Source: a virus
Strand: one strand, 5' to 3'
Length of the DNA: 64,000 bases
Virus record (IMG/VR): IMGVR_UViG_3300034198_004780
Coordinates: 24,727 to 88,726 of that record
Shown here piece by piece: positions 29,892 through 37,315 of this stretch. The position numbers were made by a program, and so were the translations under genes. Every line of letters begins with the position of its first letter. The first letter of the stretch is position 1. The notes below the pieces were generated by a model. That model saw only the letters and a list, made by a program, of their open reading frames with translations. It searched no databases and was not told the DNA's origin.

Positions 29892-30372
29892 TTTTGCTCT
29901 TTCGCATTTTCATATAATATTCGTTTTGAATCCATATGTTGTTTACTAGAAAGCCCCAATCACGCACTTTCTTAAATGGCATAAACAAGGTCCAGGCCGT
30001 AACACCTGGTTTTAATTCAATACGATGATAGCTGTTGGGACTGCATATACGGAAGTGTCCAGGGCCTCTCCATTTTTGTACTTCGCAGGTCATTTCGCCC
30101 ATTTCATTAAAGAACGGAATCCACTCCCAATATCCGCCACGCAAAATTAGTGTACAGTATCCCCATGGATGATCATGAGGGGTTTCCTCGTCGCTTTTAT
30201 GAAATCGATGAAGGAAAATATTAAACAAAAATTTATTCCTATTTTTAAGAAATAAGTAATATCTAGTCAAGTATAGCTCGTTATCTACTCTATCATATAT
30301 TAAATTCTTACGACCCAATATTATCATAAATTTATCAAATAGCTTAAATAATTTTTTTATCATTAAATTCAT
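29878..30372 (-). CDS. Cupin-fold protein
   Basis: PHDHPW...GGYWE...YHRIEL cupin metal-binding pattern. Confidence 0.7.
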   Translation of the reverse strand: MNLMIKKLFKLFDKFMIILGRKNLIYDRVDNELYLTRYYLFLKNRNKFLFNIFLHRFHKSDEETPHDHPWGYCTLILRGGYWEWIPFFNEMGEMTCEVQKWRGPGHFRICSPNSYHRIELKPGVTAWTLFMPFKKVRDWGFLVNNIWIQNEYYMKMRKSKNEQK

Positions 30373-31276
30373 TTTCCCAAATGGTTACCAATTTAAACCC
30401 TAAATTTTTTAATATCTCTTCTCGTTTTATAGTGTTATTATACAACGTTCCAAACGATAAATCAACTGATGAATTAATCATTTTAGAATCAAATATATTT
30501 GGATTTCCGTGCCAGTAATCTCCATAAAATTCATATATAGTATTTGTTTTAGGATCATACCCATCTACAACAAAGTATCCTACATCATATCGAATTTCGT
30601 GTTCTCTCATAAATTCTATATCAAATGAATCTAACCACTGTTGAGATATAGGACTTACTGACGTGCCGGCACATAGTTTACACCCAGACCCCTGAATATG
30701 GTCTCTTGGCGCCTGTTTAAATACTCCGTGCTCTTTACAAATAATTTCTACTTGGTTAATAAGTGTTTTGTAATCCACTAAAGAATAATCGTATCTATCA
30801 TTATGGATGATCTTAGATCTTTTTACAAACTCATCAGTACCTAATCTTTTCTTGTTTGAAATTTTATCTTTTTTACATAAAGGACATCCTTGCCCTCTTA
30901 TAATATGGTATGCTGTATTGTTAAACACAGTATTGTGTACTTTACATAAAACGGTTAATCTACTACCGGTATTATAAAATACTGATGATAAAAAATCAAA
31001 TTTATCACCAAATTTTTTAAAACATTTAAGTTTTAAATCTTCAATATCTTGAATTAAAATTTTTGAAGATTTTTCTTTTTTTCTTTGTAACCCACATTTA
31101 GGACAACCTGCAGATAAGTGATCGTAATGATGTTGTAAAAATTTTCCATGTATCGGACAAATTATAGTAACCTTACCATTAATTTTATTACAAATATCAA
31201 GTGTTGCATAATCATACTTGTTTCCGTGTTTTAGTTTATATTTTTCTAACAACTCTTCTTTGCTATATGCTTTCAT
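30344..31276 (-). mobile_element. Free-standing endonuclease: zinc-ribbon repeats (DUF723-like) + Vsr/EDxHD-like nuclease
   Basis: Three CxxH...HxxGxGCxxC-type repeats, VVDGY...YEFYGDYWHG; very AT-rich; ATAAATA at 31302-31308. Confidence 0.8.
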
Positions 31277-31304
31277 ACTGATGATCTCCACATCTATCGT
31301 TTAT

Positions 31305-31514
31305 TTATGTAGATTGTCTATCAATATCATCTTGACTCCTTGCTATATCATACATTAGTTTAAATTGTTCCCAGCTATGATGTAATGCTGGGTATTTTTC
31401 ACACATACGACCTAGACGGATTGAATCAATTTTATAAGTAGTCATCCAACTGTGTTGTCTGTCTAATTTTAAATCTGAGGCAATTTTTGCCAATTCATCT
31501 ACAACGCTTTTCAT
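31305..31514 (-). CDS. Hypothetical protein
   Basis: 69-aa ORF with ATGA overlap. Confidence 0.55.
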   Translation of the reverse strand: MKSVVDELAKIASDLKLDRQHSWMTTYKIDSIRLGRMCEKYPALHHSWEQFKLMYDIARSQDDIDRQST

Positions 31515-31843
31515 AACTTTAGTGTTTCTATTGTGATGATCTTGCCTAGCTCCTTGCCGATATCCTTGTCATCCGTGATAACATGTAGACTATTATGGTG
31601 ACGATCCTTCTGCCGGTCATAAAAACTAGTTTCAATAACAGTTCCACCCGATGCTTTAAAGACTTTAAAATTAATACCGCGATCGTTGTCTATTGATAGG
31701 CTAGGCATTACAGCAACAGCATAACTGTCTTGTTCTACTATATCTTCGCCACTATCATTAAGCCAATCGCGAAACCTTTGTTTCCACGTTTTTTTATAAT
31801 TAAAGTTGCCTGGGTTAATGCTTACATTATATGGTGATCTCAT
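31511..31843 (-). CDS. Hypothetical protein
   Basis: 110-aa ORF, ATGA overlap with folE. Confidence 0.65.
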   Translation of the reverse strand: MRSPYNVSINPGNFNYKKTWKQRFRDWLNDSGEDIVEQDSYAVAVMPSLSIDNDRGINFKVFKASGGTVIETSFYDRQKDRHHNSLHVITDDKDIGKELGKIITIETLKL

Positions 31844-32607
31844 TTACCTGCGTGTCCTTGCTGTAGTTTAATGTTATCAAAAAACTCTTTTTTAGTATCC
31901 ATGTCGCTTTGAAATGCTCCAGTTAATACTGTAGTTTGAGTCATGGAACTACCTGCCATAATTCCCCTATTGGTACAGCAACCGTGTTCGGCCTGTATAT
32001 AAACTGCAATATTCTTGCTTCCTGTAGCGTTGCTTATTTCTCTTGCGATGTCGTTACACAGTTCTTCCTGTAAAGTGCCACGGCGAGCACACCACTGAGC
32101 AATACGAGTGTACTTGCTGAGACCAATAAGCCTGTCGGCAGCAATAATACCAATATAAGCAACACCCACCACAGGCTGGTGATGATGACTACACATGCTA
32201 CGAAGCTCACTACGCACAACCAACATACCTTTGTATCCATCATCTACCTCATTAGGAAAACTTGTTGCATCGGGCGCTTCATCATACCGCCCTGCCATAA
32301 TTTCGTTAAAATACATCTTAGCTAGTCGTTTAGCAGTACCTTGACTATTAGGATCATTTTCACGGTCAATAAGTAATGCATCAAGAACGCCTTCAAATGC
32401 TATAGTTGCGTTTGCAATTAGTTCATCTCTATGTCCAACTACATATTCGCTAATATTATCTCCGGCCCAAAAGCGTTTCTTATTGCGTCGCATATTGAAG
32501 CGAATAGCATCTGCTAGGTTACCTTCTTTATAATCTTTGTTGTCATCGCCTTGCATGTCTGCACCAGCAAGGACGTTTTTTAAATCTTCTGTTGTAAATG
32601 TTGTCAA
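31840..32607 (-). CDS. folE: GTP cyclohydrolase I
   Basis: SMCSHH, IGLSKYTR, LQEEL, AEHGCCTNRG; TTG start with GGAG SD. Confidence 0.93.
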   Translation of the reverse strand: MTTFTTEDLKNVLAGADMQGDDNKDYKEGNLADAIRFNMRRNKKRFWAGDNISEYVVGHRDELIANATIAFEGVLDALLIDRENDPNSQGTAKRLAKMYFNEIMAGRYDEAPDATSFPNEVDDGYKGMLVVRSELRSMCSHHHQPVVGVAYIGIIAADRLIGLSKYTRIAQWCARRGTLQEELCNDIAREISNATGSKNIAVYIQAEHGCCTNRGIMAGSSMTQTTVLTGAFQSDMDTKKEFFDNIKLQQGHAGK

Positions 32608-32648
32608 TTCTATTCTCCGAGTTTATGCCGTGGATGGCTTGTATAGTA

Positions 32649-33752
32649 CTATTTTATATTCTTTAGCAGATTATTACAATTAAAAAATTGCTCAGTTAAA
32701 TCTTGTGCTTGTTTATTTAGGCTAGGTAATAACTTACTATAATTCTCCATGTGCTGGATAATTTTATTACATAGTTCTGGGCGATGTGCGGTATATGACT
32801 CAAATGATTCTGTCCATTCACTTGGATATTTAAAAGCGTCATAATACATTTCAGTATATGATAAACGATCCGGAACCATTGGAATAGCATCTACAATAGC
32901 ACCCTCATAACAACTAATGCCCAGTGTTTCCTGTAGGTTAGCTGAAAACACCAACTTGGCCTCACCTAGTAAATTATGGTATTCATTCTTTGACAATTGT
33001 TGATCCTGACAAACAACGAACTCATATTGTGGTAAATGTTCTTTTAGATCACGGAATATTTCAACTTGTTTCTCTGGAGCAATACGATGTGGAAATAATA
33101 TTAGATCACGCTTGGGCATATTTTTATATGCGGCAAGGGTACCATCCATATATTCCATAGGCCACCCTGTGCGTACAATCTTGTCTGTAAGCGTACCTGC
33201 ACGTAACTCTGCTAGCTCGTCATCAAACCAAGGATTCTCACTAATGGGTCCATTTTGTAATAGATTGGTAAAAAACATTTCAATATGAAACTCAGTAGCA
33301 AAGTAGTTGTAGTCAAATGCGTGATAAAAACTCTTCTCAGCGTATCTAACCCAAGGCTTATCACCTACAAGACGTCCTAAAAAATCTTGAGGATCATAAC
33401 TACCAGCATGCCACAGACCGTGAGTCGTTACAGGAATCTGTAACAGTTCACTCATATATTTTAGGTTGATGATGCCAGGGTGCCAAGCATCAGTAAAAAT
33501 AAAGTGATCGCCAGGGCTAATTGCTCCGGAGCAAAATAGCCTGCCCATTTTTTCAACTTGACTAGACTTATATATATTGGTGCCACCAAAATTAAGGAAA
33601 GCGCCAGGAGTAGTGGCTGTAGGGATGTCCGTAGGGCCAGAGATAATTTCGACATGATGTCCTTTTTTTCGTAAGAGACTAGGTACATGAGTTTTCCATT
33701 CACCTGTGTACCTTGTTTCAACACTTTCTAAGTCGACTAAAAATATAGTCAT
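32649..33752 (-). CDS. GT-B fold glycosyltransferase
   Basis: FPHRIAPEKQ and QETLGISCYEG (ExxGxxxxE) donor-binding motifs. Confidence 0.8.
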   Translation of the reverse strand: MTIFLVDLESVETRYTGEWKTHVPSLLRKKGHHVEIISGPTDIPTATTPGAFLNFGGTNIYKSSQVEKMGRLFCSGAISPGDHFIFTDAWHPGIINLKYMSELLQIPVTTHGLWHAGSYDPQDFLGRLVGDKPWVRYAEKSFYHAFDYNYFATEFHIEMFFTNLLQNGPISENPWFDDELAELRAGTLTDKIVRTGWPMEYMDGTLAAYKNMPKRDLILFPHRIAPEKQVEIFRDLKEHLPQYEFVVCQDQQLSKNEYHNLLGEAKLVFSANLQETLGISCYEGAIVDAIPMVPDRLSYTEMYYDAFKYPSEWTESFESYTAHRPELCNKIIQHMENYSKLLPSLNKQAQDLTEQFFNCNNLLKNIK

Positions 33753-33973
33753 TAGGCTTCTCTACGTTCCTTAGCTTCACGACGGGCTTTGCGCTGTAGA
33801 TACTCTTGAGTACGCTGCCAATCCTTGTAAGCCTTAGACCTGTAAAGATCTGCAGGGTTAAAATCGATCAATTCCAAACGGCAATGATCGTGCCATGTTT
33901 CTAGGTCACTAAAGATCTTCGATACTTCAGGTTTCATAGTTAGATACTTCGCTAACCACTTTGGCTGTGCCAT
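33752..33973 (-). CDS. Hypothetical protein
   Basis: 73-aa ORF, AAGGA SD, TAATG coupling to the glycosyltransferase. Confidence 0.7.
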   Translation of the reverse strand: MAQPKWLAKYLTMKPEVSKIFSDLETWHDHCRLELIDFNPADLYRSKAYKDWQRTQEYLQRKARREAKERREA

Positions 33974-33991
33974 TTTATTTCCTTTTAATAC

Positions 33992-34369
33992 TTAAGGTTT
34001 ATATTCAACGATTCCATCGGATTCGCCGTCTTCGGATACAACTACTTCATAATATCTCTCGCCGTACTTTGGCAGGAGATGATTATTTAGGATATCTGTA
34101 GCAATCATTTCACATGACTTGTGATTTTGATTCCCAGATTGAATAAATTCTTGTAATGCCCACTTGACCAAGAAAAACTCTAGTTCACGATCTAAGTGTG
34201 TAACACCAATCTTTACATCAACTTTGAACATATGACGATGTTCATTTTCTAAGAATTTAATACGAGGATCAATAGTTCCAGCATGTGGATAGTAGTGAAA
34301 TCCTTCAAACTCTGTACGTACTTTAATAAAAGTACTTGTGCAAGGTCTTATGTCTTGTTTAATATTCAT
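33992..34369 (-). CDS. QueD-like T-fold protein, HRH subtype (possible DpdL-like CDG decarboxylase)
   Basis: EGFH...LENEHRHMF...SCEMIA...VSEDGE; lacks the CxxxHGH motif of canonical QueD. Confidence 0.65.
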   Translation of the reverse strand: MNIKQDIRPCTSTFIKVRTEFEGFHYYPHAGTIDPRIKFLENEHRHMFKVDVKIGVTHLDRELEFFLVKWALQEFIQSGNQNHKSCEMIATDILNNHLLPKYGERYYEVVVSEDGESDGIVEYKP

Positions 34370-34893
34370 TTAATAATCTCATCTTTACCATATTCGTCCC
34401 AGCTTGTAAACTGATCACGACCTGTTAGGCTGTGAAGTGTATGACACCAAACTCCTGGATTTGTTGCCTTGAAGTCTTTGTCGTCTAGTTTAATTGTAGC
34501 ATTATATCCTAGCTGTGTCAAGTGGGGAATCTTTACAGATAGTTGAGGAATAAATTTCCTTTGTTCAACTAGTGAGCTTTCCAAAAGACCTTCAACCAAA
34601 CTAACGTCTAAATCTAAGGTACACCACAAGTCATGTTCCAAGCAATCCAAAATCATCATCTCCCAATCACGCCAGCCGTCACCATCATTAGTTTCTAATT
34701 TTGGAAAACTTTGATTGGCACCAAAATAAACGTGTGTACAATCGTTATTCTTGACCAAATTAAGTATAACGCTGGCATCTTGGATGCCTACTACAAATAG
34801 TGTACGCATACCAAACGCAGGAGTCTTTTCAATTTCGGTACCAACAAAGAATGTTACTTCTTCGCTGACGCCTGTGTCGTAATCACGTTTCAT
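34366..34893 (-). CDS. Hypothetical protein in the deazaguanine operon
   Basis: 175 aa, ATGA-coupled to both neighbours. Confidence 0.7.
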   Translation of the reverse strand: MKRDYDTGVSEEVTFFVGTEIEKTPAFGMRTLFVVGIQDASVILNLVKNNDCTHVYFGANQSFPKLETNDGDGWRDWEMMILDCLEHDLWCTLDLDVSLVEGLLESSLVEQRKFIPQLSVKIPHLTQLGYNATIKLDDKDFKATNPGVWCHTLHSLTGRDQFTSWDEYGKDEIIK

Positions 34894-36524
34894 TCTGCTA
34901 TACTTTCCTCAAGAGCTCGTAAGTCGTCATCATCTGGATTCTCAAGATCAACTTCTGATGAATTAGTAATTTGTTCAAGTTCAAATAAACTACCAAAAGT
35001 ATTTGCCGCAGGACCGCCTTGTAATCGAGCACCTTCTAATGATTTTAAAAACGGGCCAGCTTGCTCGATCATTTCAAATGCTTCTTCTTTGGTAGTAGTA
35101 TTAAACAGGTCTTCGATAAAAGAACTAAAATACAGAATGTTACGTGGAACCCAGTCTGAATACTCATCGCTCATGTCTTGTGCTTTAACTTTCTTCCAAT
35201 GTTTCCATGAAAGTTTATCTTTAGTTTTAGCAATCTCAATGTCCATCAACTGTTGAGCACGTTGAACTGCACGAATATGACATTCAACGTTATGACCCAT
35301 CATAAGTGCATAGGCAAAACTATCCCACGATGTTTTGTTAGGAATCTTACCTAACTTGTTAAGTCTTGGAACTTCGACATAATGTTCCGGATTCAAATGA
35401 TCAAACTTTACACCTTCGCCTAACTGTGCTTGTGTCTTTGGAGTTCCGAGATTATAGTAGGCAATATCGCCCATCGTTAATCTGCGTCCAATTTCTGATT
35501 CGAATGGGAACGGAATGTCTGATCCTGAAAGTGCTTTGTTATCTGGGGCTTTGTCCATAATAACACTCCACCGCTTGGGCGTGTGGACTGCTGTTGTATA
35601 GACGAGTCCGTGTGCTGTTGCGATGAACGGTGAGGCGCAGTCAAAAGATACGGTAAAGTTTTCATTAATATGCTTTCTAATTTGTCGTTGAATTAAAGTC
35701 AAGTAGCATGACCAATCTAATTGGGCAGTGCCCAAGAAGTGCATCCAGTCTTTACCTTTGAGTAAATTATCTTCACGTAATGTAACTAGGCGCTTTAATG
35801 TGATATCCATCTTACACATATTAGCACCGCCCATTGCCCAACCTTCTGCTTCCTTACCAGCATATTTGCCTTTAGGATCGGAGAATTCTTTTACACCTTG
35901 ATACCACTTTTCAGCGGTATCCCAATCACCACCTTGTAGAACGTTAAGCCATTTGGTCTGACCTAAACGATTTTCTAAGAAGTAGTCATTGTTGAAGCGT
36001 GTCTTATCCAAACAATCTTCAAATGTTTTTAATCCAGTTTTAGGTGAGTGAATGTGATCACAGGCCCATGTTGGCACGTCCAACATCATTGACCAATCTG
36101 CTGTAAGCTCAAGCCACTCGAGAATCTTTTGACGAGTCTTGTTGGCTTCCTTGCCTTCAAAGTTTAACCAGTCAAATTTGAGAACACCCTTACCAATCTG
36201 ATATCCACCTGAGTCCCCCAAGATCATGGTGTTGCTACGATCTCGTTGTTGAATCATAGACTCTTGTTCCATGCTCTTGACAAGATCCAACTGAGCGTGA
36301 CCTGCTGAATACAGACCATATTTGTAGGTAAAGTAGCCGTCTTCTGGATTTAGAAAGTTCATGCCTTCTACTCCGCGATCAAAGCCTACAGGAATGCGAT
36401 CATCTGCGATAAACTTTTCTAATCGTTGTTTAGCAATATATGTGGAATAGAAAGAGGAGATTGCTGGCAAATATATTGCATAATCTTTCTGTAGTGGGGT
36501 TAGGTTGACTGGCGGAGTCTTCAT
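34890..36524 (-). CDS. dpdA: TGT-fold transglycosylase (DpdA-like DNA 7-deazaguanine insertase)
   Basis: GDSGGYQ, MLDVP, NVLQG, GWAMGG, HFLG, SFDCASP motifs; clustered with folE and queE. Confidence 0.75.
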   Translation of the reverse strand: MKTPPVNLTPLQKDYAIYLPAISSFYSTYIAKQRLEKFIADDRIPVGFDRGVEGMNFLNPEDGYFTYKYGLYSAGHAQLDLVKSMEQESMIQQRDRSNTMILGDSGGYQIGKGVLKFDWLNFEGKEANKTRQKILEWLELTADWSMMLDVPTWACDHIHSPKTGLKTFEDCLDKTRFNNDYFLENRLGQTKWLNVLQGGDWDTAEKWYQGVKEFSDPKGKYAGKEAEGWAMGGANMCKMDITLKRLVTLREDNLLKGKDWMHFLGTAQLDWSCYLTLIQRQIRKHINENFTVSFDCASPFIATAHGLVYTTAVHTPKRWSVIMDKAPDNKALSGSDIPFPFESEIGRRLTMGDIAYYNLGTPKTQAQLGEGVKFDHLNPEHYVEVPRLNKLGKIPNKTSWDSFAYALMMGHNVECHIRAVQRAQQLMDIEIAKTKDKLSWKHWKKVKAQDMSDEYSDWVPRNILYFSSFIEDLFNTTTKEEAFEMIEQAGPFLKSLEGARLQGGPAANTFGSLFELEQITNSSEVDLENPDDDDLRALEESIAE

Positions 36525-36527
36525 AGA

Positions 36528-37262
36528 TTATGCCTGTGCTGGAATGATATACTTGTAAGTAGCAATACCACTATCTAATTCAATTTGCATAGCACCGTCA
36601 TTACTAATACTCAACTTAGTGTTGTTTGCATCTGCAATTTTTAAGATACTTAATACTTGACTAACCGGCCATGTCCAAGACTTGCTCAATGTTCCTGCAA
36701 CTCCTGTGGCAAATACAAATTCACCACCGTGGGTTGATTGATCACCAAATACAAATTTAAGATTACCATTTTCAGTCTTAGTTAGGAATGTTGCGTGTTC
36801 TGCATTGGCGGCCGCCTGAAAGTTGAAACGCTGGATAGCGGCAACTGTGGGACTAACTTCAACGTGCCAATTAACACCGCGGAATTTAACTGTTTTAAGT
36901 TTCTCGTTGATAATTTCTGTGTTCATAAAACGATAATCGTTTTTAAAATCACCTACGTCATTTTCAAAGTGGATACCAACTGGAACTGTATCACCATTGC
37001 GATCAGCGGTAACAATGTCAAGTTTAGCATTTTCTTTGTAAACTGGGCAGTCTAAATGAATCTTCAACTTGTTAAGTTGTGGCATACCAAAGACGCCCTT
37101 CATTTCCGGTACTGCTGTGTTTACTTCTCCGTACATGATTACAGAACGGTCATCAGCCATACTATCAATCTTAGTAGCGGAGTCATCACCTGTAATTTTA
37201 ACGGTATCTAGGAATCCTAGATTATGTGTATGTCCTACAATGTCTTTAAGCAAATCAAGCAT
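36528..37262 (-). CDS. Sliding clamp (gp45/PCNA-like)
   Basis: 244 aa, directly after the polymerase, ends YKYIIPAQA; clamp loader is also in the window. Confidence 0.7.
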   Translation of the reverse strand: MLDLLKDIVGHTHNLGFLDTVKITGDDSATKIDSMADDRSVIMYGEVNTAVPEMKGVFGMPQLNKLKIHLDCPVYKENAKLDIVTADRNGDTVPVGIHFENDVGDFKNDYRFMNTEIINEKLKTVKFRGVNWHVEVSPTVAAIQRFNFQAAANAEHATFLTKTENGNLKFVFGDQSTHGGEFVFATGVAGTLSKSWTWPVSQVLSILKIADANNTKLSISNDGAMQIELDSGIATYKYIIPAQA

Positions 37263-37280
37263 ATAATTCTCCTTTGTTAT

Positions 37281-37309
37281 ATTATATTTAGGTTTTTGGT
37301 CTTTGTCAA
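37281..37309 (-). promoter_or_regulatory. Sigma70-type promoter for the clamp-dpdA operon
   Basis: TTGACA-17 nt-TATAAT, then AAGGAG SD. Confidence 0.85.
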
Positions 37310-37315
37310 GTAATT

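Noticed and set aside
34890-36524. Canonical tRNA-guanine transglycosylase (tgt)
   Set aside because: Lacks the CxCxxC zinc motif, is much longer, and sits in the clamp operon. A tRNA substrate is not formally excluded.
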